From the human T2T-CHM13v2.0 reference genome, Homo sapiens, in assembly GCF_009914755.1 (NCBI RefSeq), contig NC_060940.1: a stretch of 64,000 nucleotides of DNA; one strand, given 5' to 3'. Positions 34,495-50,621 of this stretch are shown in pieces. The first letter of the stretch is position 1, and every line of letters starts with the position of its first letter. The translations under genes were made by a program, and so were the position numbers. A model generated the notes under the pieces. It did no database searches. It saw only the letters and a list, made by a program, of their open reading frames with translations, and was not told where the DNA came from.

Positions 34495-35954
34495 TGGTTC
34501 CACTCTTTAGGTGGCAAAAAACAAAGATGCAAGAGCAAGTCACACAGCCAATTAGTTTTCTTTTCCAGATCTGCCTTCAAATAAGGGTTTCATAACTTCC
34601 TTGAAAAAGATCTCTCCGCACCTTGCTATCCTGCAGAGCCCATGCATATTCGCCACCTAAAGGGAAGGACCCAAGGGCATGAGAGAGGGAAGGACCCAAG
34701 AGCATGAGAGCCTCCACATCCCTGAGAGAATCACAGCCACCCAGAGTCATGTTGCGGCCTGCCACACCCCTTGTCCCCAGCTGTGGCAAGGCAAGAATCC
34801 TGTTTCCAAAGCAACTGTGCCTTCGGGCTTACTAACACTGCAGGCAGAGTCCCACGTGTACACACACATGCAAACATGTACAGGCACACACCAGCACAGG
34901 CACCATACATGCAGACACACCTAAGACACGTGCACAGACACAGACAAGATCTCCTGTCTTGTGGAAACATACAGTCTCCTAGAAATGAGAATAATGTCTT
35001 ATTTCTTATTCTGGCTGGAAGAAGTTAGCTTTCCAAGGATATATTTAGTTGGTTTCATATCTGTCATTTAATATTTCTTACAGGAGCTTGGGGGAAAATG
35101 AAAATCCAGTGCTCTGGTGTGTTGGTGTGTGCCTGTGTCTCCAGGGCTCTCTATCTGTTTGTAGATGTCTGCTGATCGCGTTAGTCCAACTTATTTCCCA
35201 CATGAGCGGCAAAGGGCCGAGAGGGCTGGAATTATTTCTGGCCTGAAACGCGCGGCCCCTTTCTCCCAAGGCTCCAGTGAGTGACCTCAAATGGGCAGTC
35301 CATCACCCACGCTAGTCTTCCTCTCTCTTCTCTTTCCCATTCTTCTTTCTTCCCTAACGTTCTGCTCTTGCTGGAACCCCCTTCCAGGAAGGCCAGAAAC
35401 CAGAAACCACTCCTGGTGTTAGATTCTGCCATCCGAGCGTGAGCTTGGGGTGGGCATGCAGGATGTAGGCCGAAGAGAACCATGGTGGTCCCCCAAAGTT
35501 CCCACTCGAAATGGGGCAGGCCCAGAGGCAAAAGTAGGTTCTGGAGAGCTGGGCCTGCCAGCAGGGAAACTGAGGGACAGGGGAGGTGCCACCACTCCAG
35601 GACACAGCAGAGCAGGCCAGGGTTCACCCTGAGGGTGCCTGTGCAGAATCAGAACAGGGCACCCCCTTTGGATTTGACAAAGGGAGTTGTGCTGGATGTG
35701 AGCCCCACCCACCCACTCATATCTGAGGGTTATGAACCCCATGTGCAAGAGCACAGAGGCTGTAAGGACAGGCTGGCAGCCTCGCCTACCGACCAGCGCA
35801 GCTGTGAAGCGCCAGGGCACACACAACTCTCTCTCCATGTTCTTTGCTCGTACTTTCATTCCCCAGACCAAACATTCTCTCAACCCCATGAATCAAACCA
35901 GAGGCCTTACAGCGACCTCAGTTCCCTGAGTGTGAGAAACCAAGGAACAAACGG

Positions 35955-36195
35955 GACCGTGGCAAGGCAGCGTGGTCAGGAGCCCAGACTCCAAATCAAG
36001 GTGCCCTGAGTTCTTGCCCCTGCCTGGCCATTCTGGGGACAGTGAGCAAATTACTCAACCTCCCGTGCCTTGCCTTCCCCATCTGTACTCAAGAGAGCAT
36101 AGTTCCTACCTCACAGTACAATTATGTGGACAAATGCGGTCAAACAGCAAGCACTTAGCGCCTGCCACAGCTTAGGCCCTCAATGTTACTGTTAT
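35955..36195 (+). mobile_element. MIR
   Basis: gagcaaattactcaacctcccgtgcct...ccccatctgta...agcacttag. Confidence 0.7.
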
Positions 36196-36318
36196 TCACC
36201 TGAAATGACCACAAATTGAACTAAATTTTTCAAAGTTATTGGTGCTTTGTTTTCCTGTATATAAAAGAAACGGTGTTCTTTTCCCTGTCTGCCCACCCTC
36301 GCTCACTCAGCACATGTA

Positions 36319-36942
<624 letters not shown>

Positions 36943-37160
36943 TAGCACATATTTTTAAGGCTTTCCTCCCACAGGAAGGCCATGGTTGGTGTCCATGAAG
37001 GGGGGCGCATAGGTGAGGTGGACCTTGCGAGGGGTTTCAGTTGGAGCTTCCCCATGGTGATATACTCATCCATTAGGACATCGAACAAAGTCTTGACTCT
37101 GCAAAGTACAGACTCTTAGAAGTAAAGGAGTGAGAAGCAATTCACTGCCACCTCATTTTT

Positions 37161-37373
37161 TTTTTTTACTTTAAGTTCTGGGATACATGTGCTGAACGTA
37201 CAGGTTTGTCACATAGGTATACATGTGCCACGGTGGTCTGCTGCACCTATCAACCTGTCATCTAGGTTTTAAGCCCCACGCGCATTAAGTATTTGTCCTA
37301 ATGCTCTCCCTCCCCTTTGCCCCCACCCTCCAACAGGCCCCTGTGTGTGATGTTCCCCTGCCTGTGTCCATGA
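37161..37373 (-). mobile_element. Short L1PA 3'-end insertion
   Basis: Reverse L1PA 3'UTR with polyT; perfect TSD cactgccacctcattttt (37143-60 / 37374-91). Confidence 0.93.
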
Positions 37374-39112
37374 CACTGCCACCTCATTTTTAAAGGCTGC
37401 CAATGAAGAGATTTTGTACCAAGAAATGGAAAAACCAGCAAGTCAATGCCTTCCCCATTTTCCTCATGTCTGGTGCAATTGCGGCATTTGCCCATATGAC
37501 AGGCACTTGGTGCACCTTAAGGCCATGTTTAATGCCAACATCAACCAATTCCCCGCTGCCTGATGTTGACATTTTGTATGCCTGATGTGTATGGCCTTTC
37601 TTCCTGAAACTTTCCTGAATTTCCAAGGCTGGGCCGGGTGTTCCTCTTCTGTGCTCCTATCTTTTCCTCCTACCTCAGTGGGTTACACTGTTTACTTATT
37701 CCTACCCTGCACTAGACTCCAAGGATACTCCAGGCTGGCAGGGCCGTTGTCTCTTTTTCAGCACTGTGCCCTTAGCACACAGTAGATTTCAATATTCTTA
37801 GAATGAATGAATGACAGTGAGAAAGAGGATGAGTCAGAGGTTTTGGAGAATTTTAGATGGCTGCACGCACTGAGTGGTGTGTCTAAGGGGGGAATCTTGG
37901 CCCTGCTCCCAGCCAGTTCTGGGCAACAAGACAAGTGGTCACTTCCACTCACAGACAAGCAAAAGTGGGCTCTGGAATTTCTGAAATGGGGTGCCCATGT
38001 TAATGGATCAAACTAATCAATGTGCAAAAGAAAAATGAACTTACAGACATTTCCAGAGTCTGTATCTACAAAGCTAAGGATGCAATGTAGTAATACAAAT
38101 CCCAGCTGTTAGTGTATGGTTTGGACCAAGAAACTCTGCACACACAACTTGGCCAGAGCAGGGAGAGAAGCAGAGCAGGGAGACCAGACTGGACCCACTG
38201 CAGGCGGGCGGGAGGCCCATGTGGATTTAAGCCCGGTGCCAACATTCGTGGCTATGACTGGCTGCCGTCCAGCTCTGGGCCTCCATCTGATAGGATGGAG
38301 TTCTCAGCGGTGATGTGGCTGGAGGCTGGCTGCAGGCACGGCTGCCTCAAAGGCTCCTGGGAAGCACTAGTCTCCCAGCGGCAGTGGGAGGGGTTGGAGA
38401 GGCCAGTAAATAGGAGGAAGTTTAGACAGCATCATTCCCTTGGGCACTGGCCGCTTCTAGGTCACAAGTAAAAACTCCTAGCAGAACAGAAACTTGGCTG
38501 GGAGAGAACAAAATGTTTTTGAAGCTGCTGAGTGGACCTTTTATCTTTGAGTGCAGCCATTGCCTTCCTGTAGTCTCCGAGTGGCCACGGGCAATTTCTG
38601 TGCTGTCTTCGGAGCAACATTGTCGAGGCCGGCCACTGGACGGAACTGGAAGGAGTGTCATTCCGGGACTTCTGACAGGACAGCCTGTTTGGGACAATGT
38701 GTCAATCAACAACTGCTTGCTGAGAGCCTCGTTGCCATGTAGGCAACTGTCTAGAAAGAGGCTTCATAACAGAGTCCAGGTTCCTCCTCAGATTAGGGAC
38801 TCATTTCCTCTCCCCTCTACAAGCCCAGTGTTGTCTACCTTGAAAAGACTCACAAATGGAACCGCCCTGACCCACATCTGCACCCCAGACCTAGTTGCAA
38901 AGGTCTGCAGGGATGTCTCGGACTGGACCTGGTCACATTTCTCCCATCTTGCTCCTCTGAGGAAAGAGTGCCTTTGCCCCTGTTTTAGTCAAGTTTCTTA
39001 CCTACAAGTGAAAAAAAAAAAAAAAAAACCCTAATGTGAACCACCTAGGGGGGGTAAGAGGACTTTACTGTCTCATGGTGGCGGAACATAAGAAAAAGCA
39101 ACCTTTTAGGGG

Positions 39113-39564
39113 GTATACTGTGTTGAACAGTATCCCCTGTGAGATTCTTGTCTGCCTGGAATTGGTGAATGTGACCTTATTTGGAAATAAGATCTTTGCA
39201 AATGTAACTACATTAAGATGAGGTCATACTGGATTCTGGTGGGCCCTAATCCAATGACTGGTATCCTTGGAAGGAAAGGGGTATTGGGACAAAGACACAC
39301 AGGGAAGAAGGACATGTGATGGCAGAGGGAGGGATTGGAGTGACGCCTCTACAAGTCGAGGAGTGACAAGGACTGCCAGCCACCACCAGACACTGGGAGA
39401 GGCATGGAACAGGTTCCTTCCCAGAGACTTTGGAGAGAACACAGACCTGCTGATACCTTGATTTCCGACTTCTGGCCACCAGAACTGTGAAAGAACACAT
39501 GCCTGCCATCTCAAGCCACCCAGTTTGGGGTTATTTGTTATGGCAGCCCCAGGACACTGATATA
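39113..39564 (+). mobile_element. MLT1C-type MaLR solo LTR
   Basis: gaatgtgaccttatttggaaata...gggccctaatccaatgactggt...ccagaactgtga...tttgttatggcagcc. Confidence 0.88.
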
Positions 39565-39579
39565 GTGGATGCCGTGATG

Positions 39580-39672
39580 GTCCCCATTTTAAAGATGAGA
39601 AAACTAAGGCACTGAAGTGATTAGTTATTTGCCCAAGGTCAGGCAACTAATAAGTGGTAGAGCTAGGATTGT
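39580..39672 (-). mobile_element. MIR core fragment
   Basis: ccccattttaaagatgagaaaactaaggcac...ttgcccaaggtca. Confidence 0.75.
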
Positions 39673-39686
39673 TTAAAACAGCTTTA

Positions 39687-40040
<354 letters not shown>

Positions 40041-41441
40041 TTAAAAAGAACGTCCCCTAAAATACCAAGTTAACAGATGCATACGTACATTGAGAATGTA
40101 ACTTGGAATGCAAGCCTAATAGATGTTTACTTTAATGTCTACAGAATGTCAACTGCATTTGAGTCATTTGCAACTCAGTGTTTTTGTACGAATTACATGT
40201 CACGTGGGATGTGGGTACTTTTAATTATGATCAATGTAAGAAGGGGCTTCACAAAGTAAGAGTGCCTAGGGCCTATGACCGGCCCTGACAGCTCAGGGCC
40301 TTTGTGCCAAGACAGAATTCTAACCAGAATCCTTTGTACAGGTTTTGCGTGCGGTGGAGTCCAAAGTCTTTACCGAACTGTGCCTTTGAGGGCTGCCTCC
40401 AGACTCCAGTGATAGCATTCACAGAGTCCAGTAGGCAGAAAGCCCAATTCCCCTTCACCTTGGAGGCCTTTCACGTCTATTGCCTGAGAAAATGTATCCT
40501 ATTGGAGCACCCCAGGATGGAGCTGACTTACTGACCAGCAGCCAGCAGCCTGCAAGGGCAGAGGAGAGCAGGCAGTAGCTGGGGGCAAACACCTCTGTTG
40601 GAGGCAGCCGGTGGCACTTGGAAGTCACAGCTCCCACCCAGCCTCCTGGAGGGAGACAGTTGGGAAAGCTGCGATACTGCATTAGCCTGTCAGTCACGGG
40701 GAAGCAATTCTTCAGGTCATCAGTCAAAAGCCTCCTTGGAAATGAGAAACGAGCCTGAACACCAGGCCATTTAAAAAGATATTTATTGTGAAATGTGGAG
40801 GCAGCAGCGCCTTCCCTGAGACGCGACAGGCACTCAGCATGAATTACACCAGGTAAGTCTAGAGAAGCAGGTGGCAGGTACCTGGATATAAGTGAGGTAC
40901 AACCTTGAAACATCGCTGCAAACAATGACCCCAGGAGGAAAGCAGGGGTTGCAAGCAGGGGGGTGCCCAGGGCTGTGGGAGGGGGCAAACAGGACTCCAC
41001 AGCCCGGCACAGATGACAGTCCTCGGGCCCTACAGAGAGCGTCTTCAGCCTACAGAGAGGGTCTTAGGCGTGAAGAAGAATGAGCCTAAATCCATTACCA
41101 TGCAAACTGAAAATAACAGCAGAAATGACTTGTTGCCTGGAATTTGCTTCAAAATTCTACACAAAAAAAAAAATTGCTGAGGGCTACATTGACAAAACGG
41201 GATTGGTAAGATATTGATAACTGCTGAAGCTGGGTGATGAATATTTAGGGATTCATGACATTATTCTTCTACTTTTGTGTATATTTGAAATTTTCAATAC
41301 TGAAAATTTTCTTTGAAGAAAATAGGTCTTTTTCCCATGCTCATGGGTCTTATCTCTCTGTAAATATATATTTTGGAGATGAGCCAGCCACATTTTCTAG
41401 GCCTGATAACCTGCAAACTGCAAAATTATATTTTGAATTAT

Positions 41442-41445
<4 letters not shown>

Positions 41446-41488
<43 letters not shown>

Positions 41489-41501
41489 AACACACACACA
41501 C
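41446..41501. repeat. Interrupted (CA)n microsatellite
   Basis: Seen directly. Confidence 0.93.
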
Positions 41502-41971
41502 ATATATGCATGTATAAGGTAAGTGTGGACATACAACTCCAGGTGTCAGACCCACTGCTGGTCTGACTCTAGGCCTGGAATCTTACCCACTCCACTAACG
41601 CACACTCACTGATGCCACAAAAATCTCCAATGTACAATTACAAGGCCAACAGAAATGGCTCCCATCTGTCAATAAGTCAAGGTCAAAGGAATCCCAGCCT
41701 GGCCTGGCTGGCTCTAGCCTCCCTTCCCATGTCTCACACCAACACCATCACTCCCTTCTTAAGTCCCTCTGGCAAGTCTAGACGCACCTGAGGCCTCCCA
41801 AAGACAGCCATGCCATGGCAGCTTCTGCGTGAAGAGCCTGTTCGGTGACGGCCCACTCTCATATAGCTGCTGCACTTGGCTACGCAGTAGGATCCATGAA
41901 CTGAGTTTGGGGACCAAAAACGTGAAAGCGGGACAGAGTTTCCAAGTAGCCAATCCACTGTTATCTATTAA

Positions 41972-42389
<418 letters not shown>

Positions 42390-42399
42390 GAGTGCTAGT

Positions 42400-42850
42400 A
42401 GTTTTAAGGAAGCATCAGAAGGACAGTGGAAAAATTAATCAGGGAATGGAAGGTGGCCAATAAAGGGTTCTGTTACTGAGTAGGCCACTGCCATGTACAA
42501 CTGGGGCTGAGTTCTACCGGGAAAGTCTTTGAGACAACATAGAACATATGTCGGAGTCTTTCCCCTAAGAGGCAAGGATGCAGCGGTAGTATCCTCCAAC
42601 TGCCACTTGCCATTGGCTGAATGATGCTCCTGGCATTAGGAACTCTTCAGCATTTCTAGCTTGTCCCCTGTGCATGGGGCAGAGCAGGCCCTTTGGTGGA
42701 GAGGCACAGATACTGCAGAGATGCAATCTCTGCCTCCACATTTCAATCTTTGCAGAGTCCTCTGCAGATGCAATATCTGCAGAGGACTCTGTTGGCACGT
42801 AATAGAATAGAGACCAGAGGATCTGGGAAGGGCATCAATGCATTTGCTTC
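42400..42850 (-). mobile_element. LTR16-family (ERVL) LTR
   Basis: ccaataaaggg...caactggggct...tagaaca...ccattggctga...gatctgggaagggca. Confidence 0.65.
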
Positions 42851-43070
42851 CCTGTAGAACTTTGAACCCACCTTCACCTAACCATGCTCCAGGAGAACCA
42901 GCATTCTCTATCCCTTGTGTAAATCATTCTGTTGATGCCCACTGGACCCTTCAATCTAATACAGTACTTCCTGAAATGCATGCACACGTCTACCTCCATC
43001 TCAGCTTGCCAAGAGCAAGTTGCCTTGGTTCTTCACTTTAATTGCAATAAAGCAACTATTGGTTCCATGC

Positions 43071-43449
43071 TGATATAGTTTGGATATTGTCCCCTCCAAA
43101 TATTATGTTAAAATGTGATCCCCAATGTTAGAGGTGGAGCTTAGTAGGAGGTGTTTTGGTCACGGGGTGAAACCCTTGGGAATGAGTGAGTTCTTCTGTT
43201 AGCTCATGTGAGAGCTGGTTGTTTAAAAGAACCTGACATCTCTCTTTCTCTCTCCTGTGCCGTGTGACAGACCTGCTCCCCTTCACCTTCTGCCATGACT
43301 GTAAGTTTCTTAAGGACCTCACCAGAAGCAAATGCTGGCATTATGCTTCTTGTACACTCTGTAGAACCATGAGCCAAAATACACCTCTTTTCTTTATGTA
43401 TTACCCAGCCTCAGGTATTTTTTAGAGCAATCCAAAACAGACTAAAACA
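43071..43449 (+). mobile_element. MSTB/MSTA MaLR solo LTR
   Basis: tgatatagtttggata...ccttctgccatgactgtaagttt...tacccagcctcaggtatt...gactaaaaca. Confidence 0.88.
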
Positions 43450-43908
43450 GGTATTGTCAGATGCTAGGGATTCTACTACTTCTCTCACACACAACTGTGT
43501 TTATCTATGCAATGACAATGCCATTAGTTAGAGCAATGCCACTAGACTGGACTATAGGCTCTATGAGCTTTTACATCACCATTGCATGTCCACACTAGAA
43601 TACAGCCTGTCACCATAGAAATAATACCGAATACATGTTTAAGGAATGGGCTAAGTAATGACAAGTAAATGCTTTGGTATATAAATCTTTGCCCACAATT
43701 ATTTCTTCAAGATAGATTTGTAGAAGCAGAATTACTGAGTCATCTGTCCAAGAATTACAATATTCTGTTTATATCAATAGCAAAATATTCTGTAGACCCT
43801 TCCAAAGTAACTTGTGCTGCCATAAAAACTTTCCTTAACCCCTAAAATCATGGACCCCTGTATATATGACCTTGACTTTCAATGGGTTGTTGTAAGAAAA
43901 GGTCTTGT

Positions 43909-44235
<327 letters not shown>

Positions 44236-44497
44236 GAAATGGTCTTGTGCAACTGATTATAGCATTATAGCAGGGATGATGTTGAAAAAAATCATTCTAT
44301 CCATTGTCCCCAAATGAAGCCCATGTAAAAAATTTTCCTGTTTCCAGTTGCCCCTATAGAAATCACATAAGTTTCTAAAACATTTGGTATTAAAATTATG
44401 CAACTAACAGTGTCTTTCTTTTTACTTTGGCTAGCAGGAAGTTTAACGTCAAATCTGAGCATGATTCCCCATACTACAGATAATTCCTCTAGGTTTG

Positions 44498-44877
<380 letters not shown>

Positions 44878-45077
44878 TGATTCAAAATCCTGTGGTGTAT
44901 ATCCATGGCAGGATAGAAACAAAGTAAGACAAAGAGCAGTTTCTTATTCTGCTGGCAGAGAGAATCCCGCAGTGAGTTTTATAGTCAGTCCTGAGGAACC
45001 TGCCTGCTACCCCCACCCACAGGCTCCCAGCTCTCAGCTCTGGAGAGAAGGTGCACAGAGTAATACAAAATGTCATG

Positions 45078-45548
<471 letters not shown>

Positions 45549-45908
45549 TGTCATGGACCCAGGAGTTCTCAAAGTCCTAGCCCTGGCCCTGGCCCTTTTG
45601 CTCTGTGACAAGTTATTGCTGGATCTGACTTTAGGGACTCCACCTCCCGAAACGGACAGCAAGAAGGTCCCCATATGTCCTCAAACAGCCCTTCCAGGTG
45701 CATGCACATCTGCTCAGGTTGACTTCCCAGAGCAGATGGCCAGTTAGCCTCTAACAGCTTGAGTAATTTGTGGGCATGAAAGACCATGAGTACCTGACCA
45801 GCAACAGAAATACGCTTTCTGTCTGTCCCACAGTGGAACCAGCACCCAGGTGGCCAGGGTCGGGCTCCACATATCCCTCAGCCCCTTCAGCTTTGCATGT
45901 GTCCATCG

Positions 45909-45919
45909 GTGACTCAGCA
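45909..45919 (+). promoter_or_regulatory. Candidate NRF2/MAF antioxidant response element (contains AP-1 core)
   Basis: GTGACTCAGCA is an exact RTGACTCAGCA consensus; motif evidence only. Confidence 0.4.
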
Positions 45920-46055
45920 CAGAGTTTTCCAACCTCATGTGACAAAAATACAGATTCCCAGTCTCCTCTCCTGGATTTGGATCTAGCAAGACCAGAGACG
46001 GTCCTAGAATCCTGACTGTTAACAAGCACTCCAGGCAATTCTTAAGACCAAGCAC

Positions 46056-46120
46056 GGAGCCAAGATTGCACCACCACACTCCATCCTAGGTGACAGAGGG
46101 AGACCCTGTCTCAAAAATAA
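46056..46120 (+). mobile_element. Severely 5'-truncated Alu
   Basis: Alu 3' end with TSD aagaccaa(g/a)cac (46044-55 / 46121-32). Confidence 0.8.
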
Positions 46121-46290
46121 AAGACCAAACACTGAGAAACAAGGACTCAGCAGAACCGTGGATTAGGAACCTTGGGGTCTAACTACCTGGTAGCCACACA
46201 GAGCTGTTCAATTTCCATCTTGATCTAGATAAACCCACCAGTTATATACTCCCTTTTCCCTCCACCTTCCATTGTCCTTACCAACTAGGG

Positions 46291-46606
46291 CAGGGCTTCT
46301 CATTCCTGGCACTATTGACATTTTAGACTGGATAATTCTTTCTGGGGGTTGGGACGGCAGGTGCCCTGTGCTCTGGAGGATGTTTTGCAGCATCCCCGGC
46401 CTCGACCCACTAGAGGTCAGGAATAGCACCTCCACCCAAGTTGTGTGGGTGGCAGTCGCCTGTAATCCCAGCTACTCCGGAGGCTGAGGCAGGAAAATTG
46501 CTCGAATCCGGGCAACGGAGGTTGCAGTGACCGGAGATCGAGCCACTGCACTCCTGGGCAGGGGGATGGGGGGTGAACAAAAGCACCCCCCTGTTGAGAA
46601 CAACTG
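46291..46606. mobile_element. MER20 interrupted by an Alu fragment
   Basis: ggcactattgacatttt...gcagcatccccggcctc...ccaagttgtg | ...gttgagaacaactg. Confidence 0.85.
46446..46560 (+). mobile_element. Internal Alu right-arm fragment, no A-tail and no TSD
   Basis: ggtggcagtcgcctgtaatcccagctac...agccactgcactc. Confidence 0.85.
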
Positions 46607-46617
46607 AGCTATGGTGA

Positions 46618-47400
<783 letters not shown>

Positions 47401-48159
47401 TCTCAGGGACTACAGTTAGTTGTTCAGGCTTGCTAAGCTTCAGCATATCAACACTCACGATGCAGATAAGAATACCTTTGTGTTAGGGCCACTGGGAGGA
47501 TTAAATGAGATGCTGAATTGCTGTGTGTGGCTTCCGGATTAAAACTAATGCAGAGCCTAGCACATAACAAATACTGGCTCCCTTCTTCCTTTTCTGGGAT
47601 CTAGAAGAACTGATTAAATTTAATTAAATGATTCTGAAAGATGAGGAAAGGTAGGCGAGGCCCTCACAATGCCCACAACACAGACAAGCAGGGAAGAGGA
47701 AAATTGTAAGTGCTCTTATCATTTATTTCTATCTTGTGGTCATAAGTTCAAATTGTTCCTAATTCAGATAATGGAGCCAATAAATGAGATTCCACAGTGT
47801 CCTGCCAAAATGCAGTCTGCCTTGCATGCCCCGGCCCCTGGGAGCTTTTAATAACCAAGCTTCTGTGCACTGGGCTGGTTCTGCCTGTGAGCCATTTGGG
47901 CCATCTTGCCATGTGGTTCACAACGTGTTAATCCTCCCAGCCCTCTACAGTCCAGAGGAAGACAGGAGAGCAGAAGGTGCCCCAGTCTTTACTCAGCATT
48001 TTAACCCTTGGGACTTTTCCCTTGACCCAGCCGGGGGCCCCTGAACCATGTCCTTATTAAGACCAGCAGCTGATCGTGGGCTAGAGACCTCTTTGAATCT
48101 TATTTTCTTTCTTTCTCTCTCTCTTTTCTTTTTTTGGGTTTTTTCCCCTGATTTTCTTT

Positions 48160-48455
48160 TCTTCCAGCTTTTTTGATGTATAAATGACAAAAACTGTATA
48201 TATTAAAGGTATACAAGATGATGTTTTGATATACATAAGCATTATGAAACGATTACCTGTCAAGCTAATTAATATATCCATTACTTCACATAATTACTTT
48301 TGCGTGTGTGTGATAAGAACATTTAAGATCTACTATCTTAGCAAGTTTCAGTTATACAGCACAGTATTATCCACATTCACCATGTTGTACACTAGATCTC
48401 CAGAGCTGATTTGTCCTGCATAACTGAACTTTGTACCCTTTGACCAACCTCCTCC
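48160..48455 (-). mobile_element. L1MA/MB 3' end
   Basis: caagctaattaatatatcc...atttaagatctactatcttagcaa...tgtaccctttgacc. Confidence 0.85.
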
Positions 48456-48664
48456 CCGCCCATGAAGCCTATTCTTTTGAAAAAAGACAGACAGAAGACA
48501 GATTGATAGGGACTGGTCAAACATGAATTGAAAAGTAACTTTGATGACCTTCAAATTTCAGGGCTCAAGGAGAGGAGACAAGGGAATGGCCAGATGGAGA
48601 TAGTGTATCTCCTGAGGGGTTGGACAAGGGGACTTGGAGGGCTGAGATTCTTTTCCCATGCAGA

Positions 48665-48977
48665 TATGTTGGCCATCTCCTGGGATAAGGTCCCCCATGG
48701 CCCCACCTGCCTCCTGAGCCTCCTCTCTGCCACTCTTCCAACCGCCACCCACAGCCTTCTTAGGTTCCTAGAACACCCCAAACTCCTTCCCACCTCAGGT
48801 CTTTCTGTGCCTGGCACATTCCTTTGGTGCCTACCAGAGAGCACGTGAAATATGGCACCTCTCCGGGAGCCTTTTCTGACTGCATCTGATCCCAGACAAG
48901 GAGCACCAAGTACTTTTCCATTGTAGACTTTATTGTATTATAATTTAAAATGTTTATGGAATAATGTGTTTGATGTC
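48665..48977 (+). mobile_element. L2 fragment
   Basis: ggccccacctgcctc...gttcctagaacacc...cccacctcagg. Confidence 0.6.
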
Positions 48978-49647
<670 letters not shown>

Positions 49648-49694
49648 TGTCTATCATCCCCAGACAGGCCATGTCTGTTATATTATTGCTCCTT

Positions 49695-50135
49695 TATCAC
49701 TCCCAGGTCTCGCCGGAGACTGATGGCACACCTGAATCGGTTGAGTAAGTACAGGAGGGTTTAGTTACACAAAGGAGTGGGTGTAGGGGCAATAACCAGT
49801 ACTTACTACCATAGGAGGGGTCAGTTAAGGAAGTCACAAGAGAGACAGCTGTAAAGAATCAGCCCCCTGAGAAAAATCCTGATTGCCAATCATGTAGTCA
49901 AAGAGAAAGAGCCAGAGCGGAAGTTGCCTGAGCCCACTTTCCTTCCTCCTTCCCATCTTCTGCTGGGAGACCTCCCCTCCCACTACTTGTCACCATTGGC
50001 CAATCCCAACCATAAGCCAGGGGGTACTGGAGCCTGATGCTTTCCATACAATTCAGCCTCTGCAGCCAGAGCAAGATGGAGACGGGTACAGAGCAAAGAG
50101 GGGTCTGAACAGGCAGATGGGGGCTATCTGGAACA
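49695..50135 (-). mobile_element. Old MLT1-family LTR
   Basis: ccattggccaatcccaacc...aagccaggg...cagcctc...agagcaagatggag. Confidence 0.55.
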
Positions 50136-50621
50136 TCCCCCTGGTGCAGTCTGAGCACAAGTGTGCAATTATTATTTGTTAAGTTAAGTTGGTTAAATGA
50201 CCCTAAACTAACTCTCTACACCTGGAGTCTGGCTACAGAGGCAGATCTTGAGGACTTTGTACACCTCCTCCTTTGCTCTAAAGGGGAACCTGCAGAAATG
50301 ATTCCTATGCTCTTGTTTTGCTACCATGTAACCTTTGACAGTCAGCAACATGTTGTTCAACAACCACAAATCCTGCCACCCACTCCAAGGACATCTAGGT
50401 ACTATTCCCGATTTAGACAAAGAAAGGCAACTAGTCTTGGGTCCCTGTCTCTAAGACAGGTATTCCGTGTCTGCTCTGTAGGAATATGTTCTAGAAAAGC
50501 CGACCTCTCCATGGAGAGGTCAAATTTCTCCACCTCCCCCACGCCCCATTCTCTCAACCCTTTATTTAAACACATTTCTCTATTCAAGGCATATCGGTTG
50601 AGGGCCAACCTGGGATTTAGA

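Noticed and set aside
35482-36009. 175-aa ORF
   Set aside because: No recognisable domain, runs into a MIR, and overlaps many other ORFs as expected in GC-rich DNA
38513-39034. 173-aa ORF ending in poly-Lys
   Set aside because: No recognisable homology; the Lys run is a genomic A18 tract; no TSD found to support a retrocopy
40455-41000. 181-aa minus-strand ORF
   Set aside because: No recognisable domain or exon context
41516-41524. AAG|GTAAGT donor (also TAG|GTAAGT near 63272)
   Set aside because: About two such matches are expected by chance in this length, and no supporting exon was seen
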